A DNA stretch of 25,973 bases from IMG/VR virus record IMGVR_UViG_3300020044_006281, positions 1-25,973 of that record. One strand, 5' to 3'. Position 1 is the first letter of the stretch. Every line of letters begins with the position of its first letter. This document shows, piece after piece, positions 1 to 7,058 of the stretch. Source of the DNA: a virus (lineage: Duplodnaviria > Caudoviricetes). A program made the position numbers and the translations under genes. The notes below the pieces were generated by a model. That model was not told where the DNA came from. It searched no databases and saw nothing but the letters and a program-made list of their open reading frames with translations.

Positions 1-2
1 AT

Positions 3-776
3 TCACTTTTTGCCTTTCCTTCTATATTGCTTTCTCCTTCCTCCCATAGTCTCTGCTATTCGTTTTGAGGCTATGTCAAAGTATGTTTTGTCTAGCTCTA
101 TGCCTATGAAGTTTCTATTTGTCTTCTTGCAGGCTACTCCTGTTGTTCCGCTGCCCATCGTATTATCGAGCACGGTTTCACCTTCGTTTGTATAGGTGCG
201 GATCAGGTATTCCATGAGTTCCACGGGCTTTTGCGTCGGATGCACCTGATCTTGTCGCCTCCATTTCTGCTGGAAGAAGATCACGCTTTCGGGGTAGCGG
301 AAGCCGTCGTTTTCGGTGAAGATGCCCGTTCCATTAAAACCAATCTTGTGATTGTTGATTTTATCTCCTATTGCGATTCTTGCCCGTTTGTATGGCTTGC
401 CCTCGCGCTTGATCGGGTTGTAGGTGACTCGCCCTTTCCCGAATACCAGCACGCTTTCATGTCTTGCGAGCGGGCGATATTTGGCGGTGAAGGCACTTCC
501 CGATTTCGACTTGTGCCACACCCATTCATGCTTGAACCATTTCGGGTTGCTCATCACCAGTGCCGATGTGAAGGGTTGTGTGGCGGTGAGCACTATCGCC
601 GCGTTCTTCTTGCATACACGCTTGTATTCCGCCCACAGAGGCTCGAATGGTATCACCGTATCCCACTTGCAGGCGGTTGTACCATACGGCAAATCGCATA
701 GCACCATATCTACGCTTCCATTTGGAATTTTTGCCATCTCTTGCAGGCAGTCGCCGTTTATCAGTTTTGTATTCAT
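3..776 (-). CDS. DNA N6-adenine/N4-cytosine methyltransferase (beta class)
   Basis: GDCL start, catalytic motif IV DLPY near the N-terminus, HPTQKP, and SAM-binding motif I (LDNTMGSGTTG) near the C-terminus, followed by RNFIGIE. No cognate restriction enzyme in the window. Confidence 0.93.
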   Translation of the reverse strand: MNTKLINGDCLQEMAKIPNGSVDMVLCDLPYGTTACKWDTVIPFEPLWAEYKRVCKKNAAIVLTATQPFTSALVMSNPKWFKHEWVWHKSKSGSAFTAKYRPLARHESVLVFGKGRVTYNPIKREGKPYKRARIAIGDKINNHKIGFNGTGIFTENDGFRYPESVIFFQQKWRRQDQVHPTQKPVELMEYLIRTYTNEGETVLDNTMGSGTTGVACKKTNRNFIGIELDKTYFDIASKRIAETMGGRRKQYRRKGKK

Positions 777-777
777 G

Positions 778-793
778 TTATCGGTAACGATAA
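778..793. repeat. 16-bp palindromic motif, copy 1 (TTATCGGTAACGATAA)
   Basis: Exact sequence; 1 nt upstream of the MTase ATG on the minus strand. Confidence 0.95.
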
Positions 794-861
794 TGAGAGT
801 TCCAGTTTTATGTGGTTACTGCAATATCCCTAGCTAATGTCCCATGCTATGCTTTATGTCC

Positions 862-1050
862 CTAGTCTAGGTTTCTGTCTGATATGGGTGCTTTGGCTTC
901 TGTGAAGGTTAGGTAGACTCGGTATTGTTTCTGGCTTCTGTCTATGTGGCCGAGGTAGTGGATTCTATCTAGGGATTCTTTGTCTGATTTGGATGCCTTG
1001 ATGACTTCCTCGATTAGGTCGGCGATTCGGGATTTATGGTTTTGGTTCAT
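862..1050 (-). CDS. hypothetical protein (62 aa, MNQNHKSRIADL...)
   Basis: C-terminal part of track ORF 862..1434; ATG at 1050 overlaps the TGA of the upstream deaminase gene (ATGA coupling). Confidence 0.6.
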   Translation of the reverse strand: MNQNHKSRIADLIEEVIKASKSDKESLDRIHYLGHIDRSQKQYRVYLTFTEAKAPISDRNLD

Positions 1051-1580
1051 TCGTATTGTTCTAGTTCTATGCCTAGCTTGGATGCTGTGAGTAGAGAGGA
1101 TGAGTCTGTTTGGTAGATTTCTTTGTAGAGGACTCTCTTTATTTGGTAGGCGGCTATGGTCTTCAGGCAGTCGTTGCATGGGAGGAGGGTGGAGTAGAGT
1201 GTCTTTCCTTCTCCGGGTTTTAGGTATCTCAGCGCGTTTTGTTCTGCGTGGACTACAAGTAATCTTCTTTCGTCTCGGTTCTCCCAGTCTTCTTTTACTC
1301 CTGCCGGGAAGCCGTTGTATCCTATACCTCCTATTGTGTTGTCTTCTCTTAGGATGGCCGCGCCTACTTTTTGCCATGGGTCTTTGCTTTTCATGGCGGC
1401 GACTTGGGCTAGCTGCATTCCGTATTCGTCCCAACTCATTTTATCGTTACCGATAATCTTTCTTTTCTCTTGGAATATCCTGTATCCATCTTTGAATGGG
1501 CCTCGGTAGATTTCTTCCTTCCCCGATTTTACGATGAATTTTGATGGTTTTGTAGAGTGATCCCAGCGTCCTGTTATCAT
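1047..1580 (-). CDS. dCMP deaminase (ComEB/DCD family); the conserved domain starts at internal Met 1439 (MSWDEYG)
   Basis: SKDP..KVGA, GYNGFP, HAEQNA and PCNDC zinc-binding motifs. Confidence 0.92.
   Translation of the reverse strand: MITGRWDHSTKPSKFIVKSGKEEIYRGPFKDGYRIFQEKRKIIGNDKMSWDEYGMQLAQVAAMKSKDPWQKVGAAILREDNTIGGIGYNGFPAGVKEDWENRDERRLLVVHAEQNALRYLKPGEGKTLYSTLLPCNDCLKTIAAYQIKRVLYKEIYQTDSSSLLTASKLGIELEQYE
1441..1456. repeat. 16-bp palindromic motif, copy 2 (TTATCGTTACCGATAA)
   Basis: Exact sequence; 1 nt upstream of the internal ATG (1439) that begins the deaminase domain. Confidence 0.95.
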
Positions 1581-1879
1581 TCTTTTATGAAGACACCTTC
1601 TTTTGTTAGGTAACCTTTTCTGTCTTTAATGACATTATATGCTCCTTTTAGGCAGTCTAGTAGATCTATTTCTTGTAATGCACAGTAGTTCACTAGGCAG
1701 ACGACTATATCTCCTATGGCGTCTTGGATCTCTTCCGGTTGGTTCTTGGCATGAGCGTCCGCCAGTTCTCCCATCTCTGAGATAGCTTTCAGTAGTTGGG
1801 AGGTGGATTTTCCGTTTTGGAGTATCCCGCGGTCTGATGACCATTGCAGGATCTTTTCTTCTAGTTGTTCGTATGTCAT
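1577..1879 (-). CDS. MazG-like nucleotide pyrophosphohydrolase
   Basis: W...RGI, QLLKAISEMGELA, DAIGDIVV, AYNVIKDRKG....GVFIKE pattern typical of phage MazG-like proteins. Start placed at Met 1879, coupled to the upstream stop. Confidence 0.85.
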   Translation of the reverse strand: MTYEQLEEKILQWSSDRGILQNGKSTSQLLKAISEMGELADAHAKNQPEEIQDAIGDIVVCLVNYCALQEIDLLDCLKGAYNVIKDRKGYLTKEGVFIKE

Positions 1880-2043
1880 AGTTTTTCTTCGTTTATTTCC
1901 AGCCAAGCCACAGCTTTCCCCGAGTCACCGACTTCTTCGGAAGTCACACAGTTGTCAGATATGATTCCGTGGTCTTGAAGTGTGTTTAGTATTTTGGTTT
2001 CGTCTAGCTTTCTGGAGGTGATATAGTCTTTAAGCGTGTTCAT
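1876..2043 (-). CDS. hypothetical protein (55 aa, MNTLKDYITS...)
   Basis: ATGA overlaps at both ends with neighbouring genes. Confidence 0.6.
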   Translation of the reverse strand: MNTLKDYITSRKLDETKILNTLQDHGIISDNCVTSEEVGDSGKAVAWLEINEEKL

Positions 2044-2882
2044 TCCAGGCCTGATATTTCGGCAGCACATCTCGCGTATCCTGCGATATCCACATAGGTA
2101 TCTCTTGTTGGCGTCTTGCAGGCTCTAGCTAGTTTAAGGAGAATCATCATGTGAGCGGCATCAATCGCGCTGACGGGAGCCTGAGGCTCGGCTCGGCTCT
2201 CGAGGTAGGTATTCCAGAGTCCGGCTATCCGCTCGTGGTTGGGTAGAGCGGCGTCGTAGTCTCGTCGGCGCTCACCGCTCGTAACGGACATTGCTTCTTC
2301 TAGGATACTCATTTCTCCCATTTGAAGGCAATAGTTTCTTGTTAGCTCGTCACGATATTTAATAAAGTCTGACTTATTAAAGTGCTCGGAAATAATCTCT
2401 CCTCCAACTTCTAAATCTACAGGAAGTTGAGAGATTTTTATAATTGGAGTATCATGTAAAAACAAACTTCCTTCTACCTTTAACCCATTTGGAAGAGAAG
2501 TGATTGGAGTATGCCTTAACTTCAAATACCCTCCTACTTTAAGACCTTCTGGAAGAGAAGTGATTTCTGTGTAACTTAAATCTAAATCTCCTCCTACCTC
2601 CAAACCACCTGGAAGAGAAGCAATTAGACTATTTCTCAAGTCTAAATATCCTCCTACTTTAAGACCTTTTGGAAGAGAAGTGATTGGCGTGAGCCTTAAA
2701 TGTAAATTTCTCTTGACTTTTAAACCATTTGGAAGAGATGTAATCTTACTATTATATAAAAACAAACTTCCTCCTACTTTTAAATTCTCTGGAAGAGAAG
2801 TAATTGAGGTGTGACTTAAATCTAAATTTCCGTTAGATTTGTTTTTAATGTAGTTTTGTATTATTTCTTCTGCTTTATTCAT
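2040..2882 (-). CDS. leucine-rich-repeat protein fused in frame to a C-terminal DUF6378-like domain (from MSILEEA, about 2312)
   Basis: Six or more 20-aa repeats (ITSLPxGLKVGGxLxLxxTx). C-terminal ILEEA...GERRRDY...NHERIAGLWNTYL...MMILLKLAR...DTYVDIAGYA resembles phage DUF6378. Confidence 0.8.
   Translation of the reverse strand: MNKAEEIIQNYIKNKSNGNLDLSHTSITSLPENLKVGGSLFLYNSKITSLPNGLKVKRNLHLRLTPITSLPKGLKVGGYLDLRNSLIASLPGGLEVGGDLDLSYTEITSLPEGLKVGGYLKLRHTPITSLPNGLKVEGSLFLHDTPIIKISQLPVDLEVGGEIISEHFNKSDFIKYRDELTRNYCLQMGEMSILEEAMSVTSGERRRDYDAALPNHERIAGLWNTYLESRAEPQAPVSAIDAAHMMILLKLARACKTPTRDTYVDIAGYARCAAEISGLE
2400..2830. repeat. 60-bp tandem repeat encoding the LRR units
   Basis: GGAAGAGA(A/T)G recurs at 2491, 2551, 2611, 2671, 2731 and 2791. 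Confidence 0.9.
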
Positions 2883-2888
2883 AGATAC

Positions 2889-3083
2889 TCATTTCCCTTC
2901 CTTTAATTGCTCGTAGCGTTCGCGGTAGTATTCCGCTTCTTTCCTCGCCTCGTCGCGCTCGCGTTCCAGTTTGCTGGCTACATCGACTGGAATCCAATCT
3001 CCCCAAGAGCAAGGCACGGGTGAGCCGTAATCGCTCAAGTCGTGCCTCGCCGCATCCGTCTCTGGTGTAGGTCTGTTATTCAT
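2889..3083 (-). CDS. small phage protein, TPETD...LERERDEAR family, paralog 2 (64 aa)
   Basis: MNNRPTPETD...SKLERERDEARKE. True start is likely ATG 3083 rather than the track start at 3275. Confidence 0.7.
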   Translation of the reverse strand: MNNRPTPETDAARHDLSDYGSPVPCSWGDWIPVDVASKLERERDEARKEAEYYRERYEQLKEGK

Positions 3084-3348
3084 GGAGCACCTCCTTGGCT
3101 TTGGCAAGGGCATCCTGCGCCACGTTGACTGCGTGCCAACAAGCGTCAGCCATCGCGGTTTCGTTCTGGTCGCGGTTCCAGTATTCCTCAATACTAACCA
3201 GCGCATCCCGAAACTCCCGCGCCAGTTCCCGCGCCTCGTCGCGCTCGCGCTCCAGCTTGCGAGCAAAGTTTGCATTTACAGTTTCATATTGCAGTAGGCT
3301 GGACGGCTGTGCTGCGTCATCCGTCTCTGGTGTAGGTTTGTTATTCAT
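3076..3348 (-). CDS. small phage protein, TPETD...LERERDEAR family, paralog 1 (90 aa)
   Basis: MNNKPTPETD...RKLERERDEARE; coiled-coil composition. Confidence 0.72.
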   Translation of the reverse strand: MNNKPTPETDDAAQPSSLLQYETVNANFARKLERERDEARELAREFRDALVSIEEYWNRDQNETAMADACWHAVNVAQDALAKAKEVLHE

Positions 3349-3414
3349 TGGTTCGGGCCGTAGTGGTATACGATTATGGTGATAGCGTAGAAGATGATTA
3401 CCATAATCATCAGG

Positions 3415-3618
3415 TCAAAAAATATATCTTTCATTCTCTTTTTGATGTCCGCAATAAGGGCATTTGCTCTGAGCATCTGCCTTGCTTGCTTTGCAACTAT
3501 TCCAAGCTACAAGGATTATAGCTATCGCAAATAGCATGAACATGACAGGTATCTCTGCTTCATGAATGAAGTTTTCTAACTTTTTCAATGATTGTTGTAG
3601 CTGTTTTTTCAAGTTCAA
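3415..3618 (-). CDS. small membrane protein with a C-terminal CxxC; start uncertain
   Basis: Hydrophobic stretch MFMLFAIAIILVAW followed by CPYCG. Confidence 0.45.
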   Translation of the reverse strand: MNLKKQLQQSLKKLENFIHEAEIPVMFMLFAIAIILVAWNSCKASKADAQSKCPYCGHQKENERYIF

Positions 3619-3802
3619 TAATTCTTTCTGATATGTTTGCTTGGTTGTTTATTTTGTCGAAATAATCTTGTGTCACCTCAATGGTAGTCCAGACATGGCA
3701 GCAAGAGTTGCAGATTCTGCGCCTCCAGACTGACCCGCCGTGATTATCGTTTTTTCTGGTGTTGTATATCCCAGTTTTTTTGGATTTGCATTTTGGGCAC
3801 AT
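3560..3802 (-). CDS. NrdR-like N-terminal zinc-ribbon protein (no ATP cone)
   Basis: MCPKC...TR......VWRRRICNSC....TTIE matches the NrdR Zn-ribbon pattern. Confidence 0.75.
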   Translation of the reverse strand: MCPKCKSKKTGIYNTRKNDNHGGSVWRRRICNSCCHVWTTIEVTQDYFDKINNQANISERIIELEKTATTIIEKVRKLHS

Positions 3803-3823
3803 AATTGCATTTCAGTTGCCCAA

Positions 3824-3851
3824 CTTATACTACATCTTGTCACGCTGTCAA
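3824..3851 (-). promoter_or_regulatory. putative sigma70-type promoter
   Basis: Minus-strand TTGACA (3851-3846), 16-nt spacer, TATAAG, in the intergenic gap. Confidence 0.5.
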
Positions 3852-3858
3852 GAGATTT

Positions 3859-4407
3859 TTATTCGCAAGAGTAAATTATTTCACTCAACTTCAGCTCTGG
3901 GATTTTATCGGTAACGATAAAACTAGCATCCACGAAGGTTATTCTGTTCGTCGGCTGGATAGTCATCCTGCCATTATCGAGCTTGATAAAGTAAAACTCC
4001 TTATCTTGATCCGGGGAATCTGACCACCCATCATCAACATGGGTGACATGGAACAAGTATTCTCCAGTCAGGACTTCTCCTCTGACTTTAGCTCGCATCC
4101 GCAGACCTCGCAGGATCGGGCTTTGGACGATTGTGAAGTGGTATGAGTAGCAGTCCCAAAGCTGAGCATTCTGAATACTCCATGCCAAAGGATTATTTTT
4201 GCCAAATGAAATGCTATGAGGAGGGAGGTTACGATATAGGCACCCACCATCGCGCAATATGACATTGATTCCCCACGCTCTTCCTGGGATGCTGGTGACT
4301 CCGACCCACATTGCTTCGACGAATCCGCACGGGGTTTTGTGCGTGAACACTGTATCCACCAAGACATATCTGTGCGTAGGTAAAGGTGCGATCTTTGAGA
4401 AGATCAT
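3859..4407 (-). CDS. phage hypothetical protein (182 aa)
   Basis: Long ORF in operon orientation with ATGA coupling; globular composition; function not recognised. Confidence 0.75.
   Translation of the reverse strand: MIFSKIAPLPTHRYVLVDTVFTHKTPCGFVEAMWVGVTSIPGRAWGINVILRDGGCLYRNLPPHSISFGKNNPLAWSIQNAQLWDCYSYHFTIVQSPILRGLRMRAKVRGEVLTGEYLFHVTHVDDGWSDSPDQDKEFYFIKLDNGRMTIQPTNRITFVDASFIVTDKIPELKLSEIIYSCE
3905..3920. repeat. 16-bp palindromic motif, copy 3 (TTATCGGTAACGATAA)
   Basis: Exact sequence; in-frame near the 3' end of 3859..4407 (encodes FIVTDK). Arms extend to TTTTATCG/CGATAAAA. Confidence 0.95.
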
Positions 4408-4628
4408 TTCATCGATTTGCTACCGCGACATTTCCATTTTTTTCTGGAAAGTGCGTTTGGTGAATTTGGGTTAGACTTCCAATCACCTTTGATTTTGGCG
4501 GAACGGGCACAGTAAGAATCGCCTTTTTTCGTTCCCGGTGAAATCGTCGCGCCCTTTTGCCCATACTTGACTGTCTTCTTCCGTCCAGTCTTGGGGTTGA
4601 CTACAACTTTCTTGAATCGCTTTTCCAT
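4404..4628 (-). CDS. small basic protein (DUF6321-like)
   Basis: Lys-rich; TVKYGQKGA...DSYCARS...SPNALSRKKWKC pattern seen in small phage proteins. Confidence 0.7.
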   Translation of the reverse strand: MEKRFKKVVVNPKTGRKKTVKYGQKGATISPGTKKGDSYCARSAKIKGDWKSNPNSPNALSRKKWKCRGSKSMK

Positions 4629-4804
4629 TAGGATTTTTTTTCTAAATTCTTCTCTGAATAAATATGCAAGATGCCCCTGTCATCTTCCACAACGAGACGG
4701 ATTACTCCTGACCCTTTAGCAAAGACGGCTCTCACGATTCCATCGAATCGGTAATCGCCGCCAACTTTAGACACATTATCACCTACGCTAAATTGGCTGT
4801 TCAT
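4628..4804 (-). CDS. 58-aa SH3-like protein resembling type II DHFR (DfrB/R67); not in the ORF track
   Basis: Manual translation: MNSQFSVGDNVSKVGGDYRFDGIVRAVFAKGSGVIRLVVEDDRGILHIYSEKNLEKKS. Start and stop both overlap neighbours. Confidence 0.7.
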   Translation of the reverse strand: MNSQFSVGDNVSKVGGDYRFDGIVRAVFAKGSGVIRLVVEDDRGILHIYSEKNLEKKS

Positions 4805-4977
4805 TTCTTTTTCTTCTTTGACATTCCGGCCTCTGACATTGCAATAGCCTGCGCCTGACGACGAGACTTAACGACTGGGCCTTTCTTCGAGCCGCTATGC
4901 AGTTTACCTTTCGAGTATTCTTTCATCACCTTAGCGACCTTCGCCGCTTTGCCTGCTTTAGTAGTTGGTTTTTTCAT
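4801..4977 (-). CDS. 58-aa basic protein (DUF6496-like); not in the ORF track
   Basis: Manual translation: MKKPTTKAGKAAKVAKVMKEYSKGKLHSGSKKGPVVKSRRQAQAIAMSEAGMSKKKKK. Confidence 0.78.
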   Translation of the reverse strand: MKKPTTKAGKAAKVAKVMKEYSKGKLHSGSKKGPVVKSRRQAQAIAMSEAGMSKKKKK

Positions 4978-5594
4978 AGTTTAATTCCATCCATCCCTTC
5001 GCGCAGGATTGCGAAAAAGGTCTCCGACGACATCGTTACCTTCCACGCTTTGTTTTTTTTCTTGTGGGCTACGATCCAACGCTTCCCACGCGAATCTCTT
5101 TCTGCTTGTTCACATGCTTTGTCAAGGTTGAGACTCTGCACGAACTTAACTTCTTGGTGAAGGTCTTTCAGTTCTTCACAGATGACATCTGGTGAGTCTG
5201 GAGAGCCAGAGAACTGCTGGCCTCGACGGGCTGTGAATCCTTGGGCGCGAAGTTCATCACGCCACATCCTTTCCGCCCTAGCTCCTTTAGCTCTGCTATT
5301 TATTGGCATTGTTTTTATGAGTTTGTTTTCAGCCCTGATTTTGGCTGTGCTTTTTTCTGCACCTTTCAAGCTCAAACCCAGTTCTTCAAGTTTGGATTTG
5401 ATTTCGCGGATCGTCACTTTGCCGCAACCACTATATTTGAGGAAGTCTTTTTCAGAGTGCTGACAAATATCGCGTATGGTTTGGATACTTGCGTTGTTTA
5501 AAAGGTTTGCCGTTCGGACAGTCCATTCAAAATCATAGACTCTTTTGTCCATTAGCTTCTCGTATTGGTCACTCATGGTGGGTGAATCCTTCAT
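4974..5594 (-). CDS. fusion of an RNA polymerase alpha C-terminal domain and an Hjc-like PD-(D/E)XK Holliday junction resolvase
   Basis: N-terminal VYDFEWTVRTANLL...IQTIRDICQHSEKDFLKYSGCGKVTIREIKSKLEELGLSL parallels alpha-CTD. C-terminal NSRAKGARAER...PDVI...EVK matches Hjc-type nucleases. Confidence 0.8.
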   Translation of the reverse strand: MKDSPTMSDQYEKLMDKRVYDFEWTVRTANLLNNASIQTIRDICQHSEKDFLKYSGCGKVTIREIKSKLEELGLSLKGAEKSTAKIRAENKLIKTMPINSRAKGARAERMWRDELRAQGFTARRGQQFSGSPDSPDVICEELKDLHQEVKFVQSLNLDKACEQAERDSRGKRWIVAHKKKNKAWKVTMSSETFFAILREGMDGIKL

Positions 5595-5785
5595 TGATGT
5601 GATTCAACCATAGAAGAATCTTCTGTCAATACTTTTTTGTCATGGAAGTATTCATCTCTGATTCTTACAGCTTCTTGGTATGCTTGCTCTGCTTCTGAAT
5701 ACTTCGGCTTATCTTCTGTTTTCCAGATTCTATTAGCTTTATCCAAAAGCCTTGATGCTCTAGTAAATGCCTCGTCAGTATTCAC
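5591..5785 (-). CDS. hypothetical protein (64 aa)
   Basis: Overlaps both neighbours by 4 nt; helical composition. Confidence 0.6.
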   Translation of the reverse strand: MNTDEAFTRASRLLDKANRIWKTEDKPKYSEAEQAYQEAVRIRDEYFHDKKVLTEDSSMVESHQ

Positions 5786-7038
5786 CAGACTTCCTCCATC
5801 TTAGATAGCTCACCGTTCATTTTTATGTCGATTAAGTAGTTTCTTGGCCCTCTACGATTCTTTTTCACTGCTATTCTGCTTCTTTCTTTGAAGTGTTCAA
5901 TATAAACAATTTGATCGGAGTGCATACCAATAGCCCTTGATTCTCTTAATTTGCCATCATCGTTTAACTGCGATGCTGTTAATATAGCCGCCCTATGCTT
6001 CCCAGCCGCATTCTTTAGCCTTCTCGCTGCTTCAGAGATTGCGTTTTCCCTATTGTCATTGTCTGGCATATTGATGATTTGCAGATAATCAACAATAACC
6101 ACATCCGCTTCCCCACAAGCTGCGGCTCTCGCTATCTCTCCTTCAATCTCATCGATGTCATAAACGCAATCGATTACAGTGATCTTCATCTTTAACAATT
6201 CTACGATAGTCTGAGAAATCTTCGGAAGCTCTGATCCATATTTACTTTTGTAGTCTTCCATCTCGCGGATGGGAACCCCCGCCATATTTGCTGCTATCCT
6301 CTTGAACACATCTTCACCAGACATCTCTAGTGAGAAAAGCAGGACTGATTTTCCATCAAGCAGGTTTGCTACAGCAGACTGGACTAGGAGGATGGATTTT
6401 CCTCCTGAAGTTTCAGCCGCTACCGTCATCAATTCCCCTCTGTGAAGCCCACCTTTAAGAGTTCTATCAAGTTTGAGTATTCCAGTTCCGAAACATTCCT
6501 GCTTACTCTTACCTTCCATCTCGTCGATGATTTGGTTGAGCATATCCTTCTTGGTTCGTTTTGTGTCAGAACCATCGTGCGAAATTAATTCTATCGTTAC
6601 CGATAATTCGTTCACATCTGCGTTTCCTCGGCGGATATCCATCTCCATTGTTTCCCATTTCTGAATCAGATCGCGGTAGATTTTGGCTTCGCGTAGTTCC
6701 TTCCGGTAATCATTGGCGATGTCTTGGCAAACCTTCCCTGAGGGGATGTTCATGCACTTGAGCAAATCGTGGACTACATCTTCTCCTCCGATGTGAGAAA
6801 GTGTTCCTCTGTTCTCTAGCTCTGAAATGAGCGTAAATTCATCGCAGATTCCGTTTCGGCTATGGAACCCTTGGAGTGCTTCAAAAATCAATCTATGGTT
6901 CTCTAAAGCGAAATACGAGGCTTCCCACTTCTGGGTCGAGAGTATCTCGTTGTCTTGAACCATCAGCGATAGCGCAGCCTGTTCGGTGTTGTTGCGAATC
7001 GGAACATCTTTCATCGGGGTTATGGCTTTTCCTTTCAT
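5782..7038 (-). CDS. dnaB: replicative DNA helicase, DnaB family
   Basis: N-terminal EQAAL..F....HRLIF domain; Walker A AAETSGGKS; FSLEM; Walker B IVDYLQ; SQLN; LRES; KNRRGP. Confidence 0.95.
   Translation of the reverse strand: MKGKAITPMKDVPIRNNTEQAALSLMVQDNEILSTQKWEASYFALENHRLIFEALQGFHSRNGICDEFTLISELENRGTLSHIGGEDVVHDLLKCMNIPSGKVCQDIANDYRKELREAKIYRDLIQKWETMEMDIRRGNADVNELSVTIELISHDGSDTKRTKKDMLNQIIDEMEGKSKQECFGTGILKLDRTLKGGLHRGELMTVAAETSGGKSILLVQSAVANLLDGKSVLLFSLEMSGEDVFKRIAANMAGVPIREMEDYKSKYGSELPKISQTIVELLKMKITVIDCVYDIDEIEGEIARAAACGEADVVIVDYLQIINMPDNDNRENAISEAARRLKNAAGKHRAAILTASQLNDDGKLRESRAIGMHSDQIVYIEHFKERSRIAVKKNRRGPRNYLIDIKMNGELSKMEEVW
6591..6606. repeat. 16-bp palindromic motif, copy 4 (CTATCGTTACCGATAA)
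   Basis: 15/16 match, inside the DnaB interdomain region (encodes LSVTIE). Confidence 0.92.
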
Positions 7039-7039
7039 T

Positions 7040-7055
7040 TTATCGGTAACGATAA
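7040..7055. repeat. 16-bp palindromic motif, copy 5 (TTATCGGTAACGATAA)
   Basis: Exact sequence; fills the gap between the rep stop (7059) and the dnaB ATG (7038). Confidence 0.95.
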
Positions 7056-7058
7056 TCG

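Noticed and set aside
3-776. Methyltransferase as part of a restriction-modification system or as the reader of the 16-bp motif
   Set aside because: No endonuclease partner is visible (the window edge limits the view), and orphan beta-class MTases normally recognise 4-8 bp sites. No evidence links it to the motif beyond adjacency.
862-1434. Full 190-aa ORF as annotated in the track
   Set aside because: The Arg-rich N-terminal two thirds overlap the dCMP deaminase out of frame. Only 862..1050 looks like a real gene.
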